A DNA stretch of 64,000 bases, from positions 960,001 to 1,024,000 of the forward strand of contig CAWGTN010000002.1 of the NCBI GenBank assembly GCA_963825525.1, given 5' to 3'. The translations under genes and the position numbers were made by a program. Numbering within the stretch: position 1 is the first letter of the stretch; every line of letters starts with the position of its first letter. Shown in pieces: positions 38,719 through 49,903 of the stretch. Origin of the DNA: an uncultured Chloroflexia bacterium. GTDB taxonomy: Bacteria > Chloroflexota > Limnocylindria > QHBO01. Under the pieces are notes generated by a model. That model searched no databases and had not been told where the DNA came from. It was given only the letters and a program-made list of their open reading frames with translations.

Positions 38719-40407
38719 ATGCGTCCCCTCGAACCGCCCTATGACTCCATCGCCGCCGGCCGCCCGGCCCGCATCGCGATCGACGGGACGCATCTTCTCA
38801 GCAATCGCCTGCTGACCAAGGACTTCGCGTTCCCGGCCGACGAACGCGAGGCGTTCAACCTCAACGGACTGCTCCCGGATCGGGTCATGACCATCGAGGA
38901 GCAGGTGGAGCTCGAGCTCACTCGACTGCGGCGCAAGGACGACCCGCTCGAGCAGTACATCGGCCTCGCTGCACTGCAGGACCGCAACGCGACGCTCTTC
39001 TATCGGGTCCTGGCCGAGAACCTGGAGGAGCTCCTGCCGATCGTCTACACCCCAACCGTCGGCCTTGCCTGCCAGGAGTTCAGCCATGTCCTGCGCCGCA
39101 CGCGAGGCGCGTGGATCACCCCGAACGACCGCGACCGCATCGGCGAGATCCTGCGGAACGGTCCCTACGACGACGTGCGCCTCATCGTCGTCACCGACAA
39201 CGAGCGCATCCTGGGACTCGGCGACCTCGGCGCCGGCGGGATGGCCATCCCGATCGGGAAGCTGGCGCTCTACACCGGCGCCTGCGGCATCTACCCCGGC
39301 GTGACGCTGCCGGTGAGCCTGGACGTGGGCACCGACAACGCCGACCTGCTCGCCGATCCGCTCTACATCGGCCACCGGGCGCCTCGCCTGCGCGGCGCCG
39401 AGTACGACGCATTGGTCGACGCCTTTGTCGGCGCCGTGCAGGAGACCTGGCCCGGCTGCGTGATCCAGTGGGAGGACTTCAAGCAGCACAACGCCCTGCG
39501 CATCCTGGATCGATACCGCGATCGCGTCCCGAGCTTCAACGACGACATCCAGGGCACGGCAGCCGTGGTGCTGGCCGGCGTCCTTTCCGCGGGCCGGCTG
39601 CTGGAACGGCCATTGGCGTCGCAGCGGATCCTGCTGGTGGGATCAGGGGCGGCGGGCATCGGGATAGCCCGGCTGCTGCGCGCCGCGATGAGCGCGGAGG
39701 GCATGACGGATGACGAGATGTCGGCGGCGGTGACGCTGGTCGACTCGCGCGGGCTCGTCCACGCCAGTCGAGACGATCTCGATGATGCGAAGCGGGCGCT
39801 CGCCACGCCGGAAGCGGTGATCTCGTACGTGCCGGAGCGACTGCTCGAGGCGACGATCGAGGCGTATCGGCCGACCGTGCTGGTCGGAACGACCGGCGTC
39901 GCCGGCACGTTCACGGAGGCCGTGGTGAGGTCCATGACAGCCGTATCCGAGCGGCCGGTCGTCATGCCGCTCTCGAATCCGACCCCGTTGGCCGAGGCTC
40001 GCCCGGCCGACATCGCCGCCTGGTCCGATGGTCGCGCAATCACGGCCACCGGCAGCCCGTTCCCGCCGGTCGACGGTCGCGAGATCGGCCAGGCCAACAA
40101 CGTCTTCGTCTTCCCCGGCCTGGGGCTCGGGGCGATCGTCTCCGGTGCGCGCCGCATCAGCGACGGAATGGTGGTTGCCGCTGCGCGGGCCCTCGCCGAT
40201 GCGGTCGACGCGAACCGCCTTGCCGGGGGCGTGATCTATCCGTCCGTCGGCGATCTGCGATCGGTGGCTCGAGCGGTCGCGGTGGCGGTGGCCCACGAGG
40301 CGGTCGCGACCGGCCTGGCCGATGCAAACGACCACCTGGATGCCGATATCGACGCCGCGATGTGGTGGCCCGAGTACGTGCCCTACATCCGCGCCTCGGA
40401 CACCTGA
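38719..40407 (+). CDS. maeA: NAD-dependent malic enzyme
   Basis: PIVYTPTVG, VTDNERILGLGDLG, QWEDF, FNDDIQGT, GSGAAG, PLSNPT, QANNVFVFPG. Confidence 0.95.
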   Translation: MRPLEPPYDSIAAGRPARIAIDGTHLLSNRLLTKDFAFPADEREAFNLNGLLPDRVMTIEEQVELELTRLRRKDDPLEQYIGLAALQDRNATLFYRVLAENLEELLPIVYTPTVGLACQEFSHVLRRTRGAWITPNDRDRIGEILRNGPYDDVRLIVVTDNERILGLGDLGAGGMAIPIGKLALYTGACGIYPGVTLPVSLDVGTDNADLLADPLYIGHRAPRLRGAEYDALVDAFVGAVQETWPGCVIQWEDFKQHNALRILDRYRDRVPSFNDDIQGTAAVVLAGVLSAGRLLERPLASQRILLVGSGAAGIGIARLLRAAMSAEGMTDDEMSAAVTLVDSRGLVHASRDDLDDAKRALATPEAVISYVPERLLEATIEAYRPTVLVGTTGVAGTFTEAVVRSMTAVSERPVVMPLSNPTPLAEARPADIAAWSDGRAITATGSPFPPVDGREIGQANNVFVFPGLGLGAIVSGARRISDGMVVAAARALADAVDANRLAGGVIYPSVGDLRSVARAVAVAVAHEAVATGLADANDHLDADIDAAMWWPEYVPYIRASDT

Positions 40408-40409
40408 GC

Positions 40410-41426
40410 GTGCTGCGCACGCTGAGCGAGGACCCGCGCAACGCCGAGACGGACCTGTCGGCGCTCTCTGAGGGCATGACACCCACCGATCGCTTCTACG
40501 TTCGCTGCAACTTCGCGATCCCCGATCTGGCCGCCGATACGTGGAGCCTCGAGCTCGGCGGCGCGTTCGAGCGACGGGGGTCGTGGTCACTCGCCGAGCT
40601 CAGGACGCTCCCGCCTGTCGAGCGGATCGTGCTCCTCGAGTGCGCGGGCAACGGCCGCTCCCTGATGTCGCCGGTCCCGGGCGGCACGCCATGGAACCTC
40701 GGCGCGGTGAGCATCGCGCGCTTCGGCGGCATTCGATTGGCTGACCTGCTCGTGTCGGCCGGCGCCCGCGCATCTGCCGTGAACCTCGTGTTCACCGGTG
40801 CCGACATCGGTTCGGTCGAGCCCGACGGCGATATCCCCTACCAATTCGATCTCGCGGTTGATCGGCTCGCGACGACCGACCCGATCCTGGCGTGGACCAT
40901 GAATGACGAGCCGCTGGCTCCTGAGCACGGATTCCCCGTGCGCCTCGTGGTGCCGGGCGACTACGGGATGCGATCGGTGAAGTGGCTGACCCGAATCGAC
41001 GCCCGGGAGCATGGTGAGTTCGACGCGCACTTTCCACGCAAGTACCGCTACCGTGGCCAGGCCGGGGTGCCGGACGACACCCCGGTCGCCGAGATGCGAG
41101 TCCGCTCGCTCATCACCTCGCATGCCACAGGAGACACGCTCGACGCCGGCTCGGTTCTCGTGAGCGGAATCGCGTGGTCGGGCACGACGGAGATCGCGCA
41201 TGTCTCCGCGCTCCTCGACGGCCGGTGGCATCCGGCACCCATCGTCGAGCGCATCGGCAACGCCGCCGTTCGCTGGGAGCTCGAGTGGGAGGCGACGCCC
41301 GGCGTGCACGAGATCGCCGTGAGCGCCACCGATGCCGCCGGCAACCGACAGCCCGAGGACCCGATCTGGAACGAGGGCGGCTACGGCAACAACGTCATCC
41401 AGCGCGTCCGCGTCGAGGTGCGCTGA
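40410..41426 (+). CDS. Sulfite oxidase-family molybdopterin oxidoreductase
   Basis: FYVRCNF, LECAGNGR, HGFPVRLVVPG, SVKWL, dimerisation domain. Confidence 0.9.
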   Translation: MLRTLSEDPRNAETDLSALSEGMTPTDRFYVRCNFAIPDLAADTWSLELGGAFERRGSWSLAELRTLPPVERIVLLECAGNGRSLMSPVPGGTPWNLGAVSIARFGGIRLADLLVSAGARASAVNLVFTGADIGSVEPDGDIPYQFDLAVDRLATTDPILAWTMNDEPLAPEHGFPVRLVVPGDYGMRSVKWLTRIDAREHGEFDAHFPRKYRYRGQAGVPDDTPVAEMRVRSLITSHATGDTLDAGSVLVSGIAWSGTTEIAHVSALLDGRWHPAPIVERIGNAAVRWELEWEATPGVHEIAVSATDAAGNRQPEDPIWNEGGYGNNVIQRVRVEVR

Positions 41427-42531
41427 GCTCGGCCAACACCTCCGCCGTGTGCTCCCCGAGCAACGGCGGGGCCCGGCGAACCGGCAGGTGTGATCCGTCG
41501 ACGATGATCGGGTTGGGCGCCATCCGAATCCCATCGGCCTCCTGGACCCAGCCGCCCGCGCGCTCCATGGCGGCGAGGGCTGCGCTGACCCCGTTGACTG
41601 GGCCGGCGGGCACATCGGCCGCGGTCAGGGCCGCAACCAGCGCGTCACGCTCCCACCCTTCGATGCGCTCGCCGAGCCAGGCGCTTAGCGCCTCGCGTTG
41701 CTGCAGGCGCTGCGGGTTCGTCGCGTAGCGACCGTCCTCGCTCAGCCCCAGGACCTCCAGCAGTCGCGCGAACTGGAGGTCATTGCCGACCGCGACGACG
41801 AGATGGCCATCCCGCGCAGCGAAGGACTCATACGGCACGATGTTCGGATGCGCATTGCCGTGACGCAGGGGCTCGCCACCGGTGACGAGATGGTTGCCAA
41901 GCACGTTGACGAGCGACGCGACTCCCGCCTCCACCAGGTTCACCTGGATCCGTCCGGCACTCCCACGACCGACGAGGGCGGCCAGCGCCCCGACCGCGCA
42001 CTCGAGCCCGGCGATGAGATCGAGCAGTGCGACACCAACCTTCATGGGTGGGCCATCGGCCTCGCCGGTGACCGACATCAGGCCACTCACCGCCTGAGCC
42101 AGCAGGTCGTAGGCGGGTCGATCGGCTTCTGAACCGCCGAATCCGCCCACCGACGCCACGATGAGACGCGGATGGCGAGCCTCCAGAGCGGCCGACTCGA
42201 GGCCCAGCCGGGCGGCCGTGGCCGGCCGATAGTTGTGCACCAGCACATCGGCGTCGCCCAACAGCCGGTCGAGGGTGTCGCGGCCGTCGACCGTTCGGAG
42301 GTCGAGCACCACGCTCCGCTTGTTGCGGTTGACCGATGCGAAGTACGCGCTGCGCCGATCGTCGGGATCGCCCCACCAGGGCGGCCCCCAGGTGCGGGTC
42401 TCGTCGCCATCAGGAGGCTCGACCTTGATGACATCGGCCCCGAGGTCGGCCAGCAGCATGGACGCGAACGGTCCCGCCAGCACGCGGCTGGCGTCGATCA
42501 CCCGGACCCCGTCGAGAGGCAACGCGCTCAT
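41395..42531 (-). CDS. CoA-transferase family III (CaiB/BaiF)
   Basis: RVLAGPFA, GADVIKVEPP.GD, NRNKRS, AYDLLAQA. Confidence 0.93.
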   Translation of the reverse strand: MSALPLDGVRVIDASRVLAGPFASMLLADLGADVIKVEPPDGDETRTWGPPWWGDPDDRRSAYFASVNRNKRSVVLDLRTVDGRDTLDRLLGDADVLVHNYRPATAARLGLESAALEARHPRLIVASVGGFGGSEADRPAYDLLAQAVSGLMSVTGEADGPPMKVGVALLDLIAGLECAVGALAALVGRGSAGRIQVNLVEAGVASLVNVLGNHLVTGGEPLRHGNAHPNIVPYESFAARDGHLVVAVGNDLQFARLLEVLGLSEDGRYATNPQRLQQREALSAWLGERIEGWERDALVAALTAADVPAGPVNGVSAALAAMERAGGWVQEADGIRMAPNPIIVDGSHLPVRRAPPLLGEHTAEVLAELSAPRRGRAG

Positions 42532-42581
42532 GCGGTGAGGGTAGCCCGAGGGTTGGCACGTTCGCCGCTAGCATTGACCGC

Positions 42582-43487
42582 ATGAAGATCGGATTGATGC
42601 TTCCCCTCGGGGACGAAGAGAGCAACGGCTACGCGGGCATCCGCGATATGGCGCTCACCGCGGAGGACGCCGGCCTCGACTCCATCTGGGGCGCGGACCA
42701 CCTGCTCTTTCGCGAGAACGGCGAGACAGACGGGATACACGAGGGCTGGACGGTGCTCACGGCGCTCGCGGCGCTGACCTCGCGGGTGGAGATCGGTCCG
42801 CTGGTGCTGGCGCTTCCGTTCCGCAACCCGGCGCTGACCGCCAAGATGGCGGCCGAGCTCGACGAGGTGAGTGCCGGCCGGCTGATCCTGGGTGTCGGGT
42901 GTGGATGGCATGAGCCGGAGTTCGATGCCTTCGGCTATCCGTTCGACCATCGCGTCTCGCGCTTCGACGAGGCGCTGCAGGTGTTGATCCCGCTCCTCCG
43001 CGACGGAAGCGTGACGTTCGAGGGCCGATACCATCGCGCCATCGATGCCACCCTGCTGCCGCGCCCGATTCGCGACGGCGGGCCGCCGATCCTCATCGCC
43101 GGCAAGCAACCACGCATGCTCGATCTGGTCGTGCGCCACGCGGATCAGTGGAACGCCGCATGGTTCGGCCACCCCGACCAGGCTGACGAGCTCCACATCC
43201 GGCTCGGCAACCTTCGGCGCGCGCTCGAGGCGGCCGATCGCGATCCAGCGACCTTGGACATCACGGTCGGGATCTTCGTGGCATTCGAGGGAGCCGATGC
43301 GGACACGCCGGCGCGCGCGATCCGCGGCTCGACCGAGGAGGTCGCCGATGCGTTGGCCGCCTACGCTGGCGTGAACGCGAAGCACCTCATCGCTCATGTC
43401 TTCCCGCCCACGCCCGACTCCGTCCGGCGCCTGGCCGAGGCGGCGGCCGTGGCTCGCGAGCGGCTCGGAGCCCCCGCGACCGCCTGA
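42582..43487 (+). CDS. LLM-class flavin-dependent oxidoreductase
   Basis: WGADH, FRNPALTAKMA, GRLILGVGCGW. Confidence 0.9.
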   Translation: MKIGLMLPLGDEESNGYAGIRDMALTAEDAGLDSIWGADHLLFRENGETDGIHEGWTVLTALAALTSRVEIGPLVLALPFRNPALTAKMAAELDEVSAGRLILGVGCGWHEPEFDAFGYPFDHRVSRFDEALQVLIPLLRDGSVTFEGRYHRAIDATLLPRPIRDGGPPILIAGKQPRMLDLVVRHADQWNAAWFGHPDQADELHIRLGNLRRALEAADRDPATLDITVGIFVAFEGADADTPARAIRGSTEEVADALAAYAGVNAKHLIAHVFPPTPDSVRRLAEAAAVARERLGAPATA

Positions 43488-43493
43488 GCGCTT

Positions 43494-44088
43494 CTACGAA
43501 GCCGATGTCATGAGCACGTGGCTCACCGGACGTCGCGCACGCCGAATTCGAGCGAGCGTCACGCCCACGACTTTCTGGCCGCAGGTCGCGCAGATGGTCC
43601 ATCGGCCGTCGCGCTGCAGCCGGATGCGATGCTCACCGACGAGCACGCGCCAGCGACGACGCGGACGCGCGCGGAGGGCCGCACGATGTTCGGCGAGCGC
43701 TGCCACGGCCCCGGGGATGCCGAGCGCCACCGCATGGCGCAATGAGCTCCGATAGCGAGCCGACTCGAGCCGCAGCGCATCGGCACTGGAGATCCCGTGC
43801 TCCCGGTACAGCACAAAGGCCGTCGCGTAGAACGCGGCGCCGTGATGGATCGTGCGGGGCGTCCGCCGCGCGAGCCGGAGCGAGCCAGTGCGCGAGCTCG
43901 TGGAGCAGCGTCAGGCGCTGGTCAACGTCGTCACTGCCGGCTCGAACGGCCACCGTGCCGTCATGGCGCCGGGTCACTCCGGTCGAGTGCTCGCCGGCCC
44001 GGGTGCGCCACGCCAGACGGGGTTCCTGCACGTCGCGCTGCGCGCATACGACCGTCACCAGCTCGCGCGCCCAGGCCGGCGCGGTCAT
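43494..44088 (-). CDS. SprT-like HExxH metalloprotein, frameshifted near 43860
   Basis: TLLHELAHW in one frame, continuing as HHGAAFY...CATCG in another. Confidence 0.6.
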
Positions 44089-44342
44089 CGATGGTTCGTC
44101 GGGCGGTTCACTCCGGGAGCGTACTGCGAGCAGCGGGTCCGGTGTCGCGCGATATATCGGCTCGTTTGCGCCAAATGACGCCTTCAGGCGCTCCCTGGCC
44201 GAAATATCGGCTGGCAACCAGCATGCGTGGCGCCCCGCGGCGCCGTCCACGCGAGAGGCTGACCGAAATCTCGGCGCCACGGCGTTTCACCGGGCTCAGG
44301 CCACTCCCATCCGAAACCGGCCACAGGGGCAAGAACACGGTC

Positions 44343-46809
44343 TCAGGCGGCGACGGACTCCGGGCCACCCTCGTACAACCCCAGCCGTGCCACGCCCCGC
44401 TGAACCCAGCGCGGCGCCCACCAGTTCACCGAGCCCATGACGCGCATGAAGGCCGGAACCAGGATGCCGCGCACGATGGTGGCGTCGATCAGCACGGCCA
44501 GCGCCATGCTGAATCCGAGCGCCTTGATGAGCGTCACCGAGCTCAGGGCAAAGGCCCCGAAGACCGCGACCATGATGAGTGCGGCGCCGGTGATGATCCC
44601 GCCGGTGATGCCGATGCCCTCGGCCACCGCCCGCGTGTTGTCCCCGGTCACGAGGTAGCGCTCGCGAATGCGCGACAGGAGGAAGACCTCGTAGTCCATC
44701 GAGAGGCCGAAGAGGATCGCGAACATGAGGATCGGCGTGCTGGCAATGATGGTGCCCGATGGATCGAAGTCCAGGATGCCCGACAGGTTCCCGTCCTGGA
44801 AGATCCAGACCAGCGCACCGAAGCTGGCCGTGACGCTCAGCAGGCTCATGAGCACCGCCTTGAGCGGCAGGAACACCGATCCGAAGGTCAGGAACAGGAC
44901 GGCACCCGTCACGCCGACCACGATCGCGACGGCGAACGGCACCGAGCCCGCGAAGCTGGCCATGAAGTCGCGCGAGCGGGACGAGAGTCCGGCCGTCAGC
45001 GTTTCGGATGCGCCGGGGGGTGGCGGCAGGTCGCGAATGGCGTCGACCACGCGGCGCCCATCCGACGAGTCGGCGAGGGCCGAGGAGAACACGTCGAGGC
45101 GCGTCACGTCATCGGCAACTGATTGACGCCACCCAGGCGGCCAGGCCGGACGCCTCGGCCGGCCGCTGTGATTCGGGCAGCTGGATGAGCTGGAGGTACG
45201 TGGCGCGGTCCATGCCGGCCGGTGGGTCGAGCACGCTGCCCACCTCGGTCACGGCGTCGAGAGCCGCCAGGTCGTCGGTATACGAGGAGAGGGCCTCGAT
45301 CCAGTCCGCGGAGAGGGCTCCGTCCTCGAGGATGGCGCCGGGCGCCTGGACCGCCACCTCGATGGGGTCGGCACCGCCACCGGGAAACTCATCGGCCAGG
45401 GTGCGGAAGCCGGCCACGCTCTCCGACGGTGGCAGGTCATCCAGATTGCCACCGGTCGAGAGCTGGATGCCGAAGAACGGCAGGCCGGCGATGATGAGCA
45501 CCAGGAGAACGGGAGTGGCGATCAGGACGGGATGGCGCATGACCCTGCCCGCGATCCTCGACCAGACGCCGTGTCCCTGGCGCGCGTCGGCGGCCACCGG
45601 GTCGTCCTCGACCAGCCGCAGCGAGCCGGGCAGCGGGACGCGCAGCCGGTTGATACGAGGACCGAGCAGGCCCAACAGCGCGGGCAGGACGGTCAGGCCG
45701 AACACCAGCGTCGAGAGCACGGTCACCACCCCACCGATGCCCATGCTGCGCAGGGCGGGCGACTCGAACACGATGAGGCTGGACAGGCCGATGGCGACCG
45801 CCACCCCACTGATCGCAACCGCCTTGCCCACGGTGGCCATGGTGCGCTCGACGGCGTCGGCAACGGACCGATGGCGCAGCTCCTCGCGGAAGCGGCTGAC
45901 GGTGAACAGCGAGTAGTCGATCGACAGGGCCAGCCCGATCATGGTCGCCACGTTCGTCACGAAGATGCTCATCTCGGTGACGTTGGCGAGGAGGCCGATG
46001 CCGGCCATCGAGGCCGGCAGCGCCATGCCCGCGATGACGATCGGCAGAACGGCGCCGACGAGGGTTCCGAACACGACGAGCAGGATGAGCATGGCGATCG
46101 GCAGGCTGACGATCTCCGCCTTGAAGAGGTCCTCCTCGATGGCCTGGTTGAACTCGTGCTGAACCAGGGGGATGCCGGTGACGACAGTATCCACACCGTC
46201 GGGAACGGCGACGAGCGATGCGATGTGCTCGGCGTCGTCGATGGCCTCCTCGAGGTCCTCGTCGATACGGATGAGGGCGAACGTCTTCGCTCCATCGCGG
46301 CTGACGAACCCGGAGTCCCCGACATCGGCGAACGTGAGCACGGAAGCGACGAGTGGATCATCGGCGACCGGCGCCATGGCATCGGCGACGGTGGCCTGGA
46401 ACGCCGCGGAGCCGGCGTTGGCGTCCGGATCGGTGAACAGGACGAGCATCGTGGTCGCCTGCTCGCCGTAGCGGTCGGCGAGCAGGGCCTCGGCTTCCGC
46501 AGCCTCGGAACCGGGAACCTGCCAGCCACCCTGGCTCAGGCGCCCGCCGGCCATGACCCCCCACACGTTGAGGCCGATGACGAGAGCAATGCCCACGATC
46601 GGCAACCAGCGGCGCGCGCGGTACGTCCCCCGCCCGAGCGCGGCGAAGATTCCGTTGTGGCCGATCCGGTCATCGATCGCCGGCTGGACGGCCGGGTCGA
46701 GAGCCGGGTAGCTGTCGGGCACCCCGACCGGCGGTCGAGCGCCGCGACGAGCGAGCCACAGGCCGGCAATGGCGGCGAGCACGCCGCCGACGATCAGCGG
46801 ACGCTTCAC
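44343..46809 (-). CDS. MMPL/RND-family transporter, frameshifted near 45115
   Basis: GLALSIDYSLF..SRFREE in the first half, FGLSMDYEVFLLSRIRE in the second; two abutting ORFs. Confidence 0.9.
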
Positions 46810-46814
46810 GATAC

Positions 46815-46893
46815 TGAACGCTCGTTCATCAACACGTGCGCCACTCTAGTGTTGCCAGCAGCCGTCGTCAAGGCTAAAGTGAATGGTGATTCA
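46815..46893. promoter_or_regulatory. Two candidate TetR operators
   Basis: TGAACG-CT-CGTTCA (46815-28) and TGAAT-GGTG-ATTCA (46880-93) between divergent mmpL and tetR. Confidence 0.7.
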
Positions 46894-46913
46894 TACGAAG
46901 GAGCCGCGCAGCA

Positions 46914-47513
46914 GTGCCACGAACAAGCGCAGCGCATGCAGCCGAGATGCGAGAGCGGATCCTGGGTGGTGCCCATCGAGCGATGCTGTCGGGCGGCTAC
47001 CGCGGAACGACCATGCCGGCGATCGCCGCGGAGGCGGACGTCAGCGTCGGGCTCCTCTACCGCTACTTCGACAGCAAGGAAGAGCTGTACCTGGCCATGT
47101 GCGAGGCCGTGACCCAGGCTCAGCTGGACGAGCTCGCGGTGCAGATGTCGACGATCACCGACGCGCGCGAGCGACTTGCGAGTGCCGTCGGCTTCTTCGT
47201 CGAGAGTCTCGAGGCGGAGCGCTGGGGTCCCATCGTCACCACCGGCTGGGCCGAGGCCGATATCCGCCCGGCGCTGCGAGACATGCTCCGTCGCCGCTGC
47301 GACCAGATTCGCGCGTTCGCGGCCATGTTCCTGCGCGAGGCGGTGGCACGCTCGGAGGTGGAGCCGGAGATCGACATCGAGGAGCTCAGCCTGTCGATCG
47401 CGATGCTCATGGACGGCGTCATCGCACACCAGGCGGAGAGCGGCGATCGCTTCGACCCGGACCTCGTCCAGCGCGCGGTGATCGCCCTCGTCGGGCGAAC
47501 GCTCGAACGCTGA
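46914..47513 (+). CDS. TetR/AcrR family regulator
   Basis: GYRGTTMPAIAAEADVSVGLLYRYFDSKEEL; AAGGAG RBS. Confidence 0.93.
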   Translation: MPRTSAAHAAEMRERILGGAHRAMLSGGYRGTTMPAIAAEADVSVGLLYRYFDSKEELYLAMCEAVTQAQLDELAVQMSTITDARERLASAVGFFVESLEAERWGPIVTTGWAEADIRPALRDMLRRRCDQIRAFAAMFLREAVARSEVEPEIDIEELSLSIAMLMDGVIAHQAESGDRFDPDLVQRAVIALVGRTLER

Positions 47514-47565
47514 GCGGCCGGTATCATCCGCACGTGATCGCATCATCAGGGATGGGGAGGAACGC

Positions 47566-48315
47566 GTGACCACGGTCGTTGCCCACCGCGGCGCCTCGCA
47601 GCAGGCTCCCGAGAACACGATGGAGGCCTTCCGGCTGGCCGTGAAGGCCGGAGCCGACGCCATCGAGCTCGACGTGCACCTCACGGCCGACGGTCAGCTC
47701 GCCGTCATCCACGACGACTCGCTGGATCGCACGACCGACCGCACCGGTCCCGTTGCCTCCCGGACGATGGATGAGATCCGCGAGGCCGACGCCGGCGCAA
47801 CCTTCGCCCGCGACGATGACTCCGGCTTCCCGTTCTCCGGCAAGGGGCTCACGGTCCCGACCCTTGCCGAAGTGCTTGCCTGGCTCCCCGAGGAGACCGG
47901 GCTGGTGATCGAGATCAAGGCGCGCGGGGCGGCCGATGCCGTGGTCGAAGCGGTCGCCGGACATCGGGTCCTGGCGAGCGGGCGCCTGGCCGTCATCAGC
48001 TTCGACGAGCCGGCCATCGACCGTGTCCGCGAGCTCAATCCCGACATCCGGACCGGGTACCTCCTCGTGCCCGGGCAACCCACCGAGCCGGCCCTCACCT
48101 GGGCCACCGAGCGTGGCCACACGGGCATCTTCCCGTGGGAAGGCGACCTCGGCATGGATCCGCTGCCGCTCATCGCCCAGGCCGCGGCATTCGGACGCGA
48201 GATCGGCTGTTACGTCGTCAACGAGCCGATGCGGATGCAACACCTTGCCGCCTGCGGCATCTGGGGGTTCGTGACGGACGTGCCCGACGTCGCTCGTGAA
48301 GCGCTGAAGCGCTGA
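47566..48315 (+). CDS. Glycerophosphodiester phosphodiesterase
   Basis: AHRGAS, PENTMEAF, IELDV, IHDDSLDRTT, IEIK. Confidence 0.93.
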   Translation: MTTVVAHRGASQQAPENTMEAFRLAVKAGADAIELDVHLTADGQLAVIHDDSLDRTTDRTGPVASRTMDEIREADAGATFARDDDSGFPFSGKGLTVPTLAEVLAWLPEETGLVIEIKARGAADAVVEAVAGHRVLASGRLAVISFDEPAIDRVRELNPDIRTGYLLVPGQPTEPALTWATERGHTGIFPWEGDLGMDPLPLIAQAAAFGREIGCYVVNEPMRMQHLAACGIWGFVTDVPDVAREALKR

Positions 48316-48322
48316 GGCCGTC

Positions 48323-49876
48323 TCAGCGACGCTTGCTGAGGATTCCGAGCACCGAGCGCAGAATGGTGTTGAACGTCCCGGAGCGCGCGAAGCGGGCGCC
48401 CTCCTCGGCCACGTTCGACCAGTCCACCCCCTTTTCGGGCGCTCGGGTCGGGCGCATGCCCCCCTTGCCCGGCTTGTCGGGATCCTCCACCTTCGGGCCG
48501 GAGGCCTCCTCATCGGTGGCCACGCTCTTCATTCGAGCGGCGAGGAGCTCCTTGGCGGACTCCGGGTCCGTGTCGGTGGCGTAGGTGGGAACGATCAGTG
48601 ACGCGGCGGCCACTGCGTCGAACACGGACGGGTCGACCTGGGCCATGAGCGACATCGGCGGCCGCAGCATGGTGCGAACGGTGGGCATCGGCCTGCCCTT
48701 GAGGTCGAGTGCGGTGATCAGCGCCTCACCGGTGCCGAGACGCGTGAGCTCCTCCTCCACGTCATAGAACGTCGTGGTCGGGAACGTGCGGGCCGTGGCT
48801 CGGACGGTGTCGAGATCGTCCGGCGTGAATGCCCGCAGCGCGTGCTGGACGCGGTTGCCGAGCTGACCGAGCACCTCGGATGGGACGTCGGTCGGCGAGT
48901 GGGTGACGAAGAAGACGCCGACGCCCTTCGATCGAATGAGGCGCGCCACGAGCTCGATCTGCCCCATGAACGTCTTGTTCGCGTCGCGAAAGAGGAGATG
49001 AGCCTCGTCGAAGAAGAAGACGAGCTTCGGCTTGTCCGGGTCACCGACCTCGGGCAGGGACTCGTAGAGGTTGGCGAGCAGCCACATCATGAACGTGGAG
49101 AACAGCGCCGGCCGATCCTGCATGTCCGCCAGCTCGAGGATGCTGATGACACCGCGGCCGTCGTCGCCGACGCGCAGGAAGTCATCGACCTCGAACTCCG
49201 GTGAGCCGAAGAACGCATCGGCTTCCTGCTGCTCGAGCTCGACGATCTTGCGAATGATCACGCCGACGGTGGCGGTCGCCACGCCGCCGTATTCGGTCAT
49301 CTCGGACTTGCCCTCGTCCGAGCTGAGATGGTTCAGCAACGCGCGCAGGTCATCCAGGTTCAGCAGCGGGAGTTGCTTGTCGTCGGCGTACTTGAAGGCG
49401 AGCGCCAGGACCGACTGCTGCGTCTCGTTGAGGTCCAGCACCTTGGCCATGAGGATCGGGCCGAAGCTCGAGACCGACGCCCGGAGTCGAACGCCCTTGC
49501 CGCCGCGATCCAGCGTGAAGAACTCGACCGGAAACGACTGCGCCGCGTAGTCGCCGAAGCCAATGGCCGCAGCGCGCGCGGTGATCTTTTCGTTCATGGC
49601 GGCGGGCGCGGCCAGGCCACTGATGTCGCCCTTGATGTCGCTGATGAAGACCGGGACGCCGGCCGCCGAGAGCTGCTCGGCCAGGACCTGGAGCGTCTTC
49701 GTCTTGCCGGTGCCGGTTGCTCCGGCCACCAGCCCGTGGCGGTTCATCATCGCCAGCGGAACGCGGACCTGGACGCTGGGCACGGCATCCTCGCCCTGCA
49801 TCCCGGCACCGAACGTCACCGCCGGTGCGTCAAATCCGTAGCCTTCGGCCAGGGTCTTCTCGAATTCGGTGGTCAT
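48323..49876 (-). CDS. HerA-like P-loop ATPase (DUF853/YjgR)
   Basis: NRHGLVAGATGTGKT, LPEVGD, FFDEAHLLF, RLIRSKGVG, QHALRAFTP. Confidence 0.93.
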   Translation of the reverse strand: MTTEFEKTLAEGYGFDAPAVTFGAGMQGEDAVPSVQVRVPLAMMNRHGLVAGATGTGKTKTLQVLAEQLSAAGVPVFISDIKGDISGLAAPAAMNEKITARAAAIGFGDYAAQSFPVEFFTLDRGGKGVRLRASVSSFGPILMAKVLDLNETQQSVLALAFKYADDKQLPLLNLDDLRALLNHLSSDEGKSEMTEYGGVATATVGVIIRKIVELEQQEADAFFGSPEFEVDDFLRVGDDGRGVISILELADMQDRPALFSTFMMWLLANLYESLPEVGDPDKPKLVFFFDEAHLLFRDANKTFMGQIELVARLIRSKGVGVFFVTHSPTDVPSEVLGQLGNRVQHALRAFTPDDLDTVRATARTFPTTTFYDVEEELTRLGTGEALITALDLKGRPMPTVRTMLRPPMSLMAQVDPSVFDAVAAASLIVPTYATDTDPESAKELLAARMKSVATDEEASGPKVEDPDKPGKGGMRPTRAPEKGVDWSNVAEEGARFARSGTFNTILRSVLGILSKRR

Positions 49877-49903
49877 CGCAGGAGTCTACCCGCCGGGGCA
49901 CGC

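Noticed and set aside
48323-49876. HerA-like ATPase as an anti-phage system
   Set aside because: DUF853/YjgR type with no nuclease or SIR2 partner; housekeeping context
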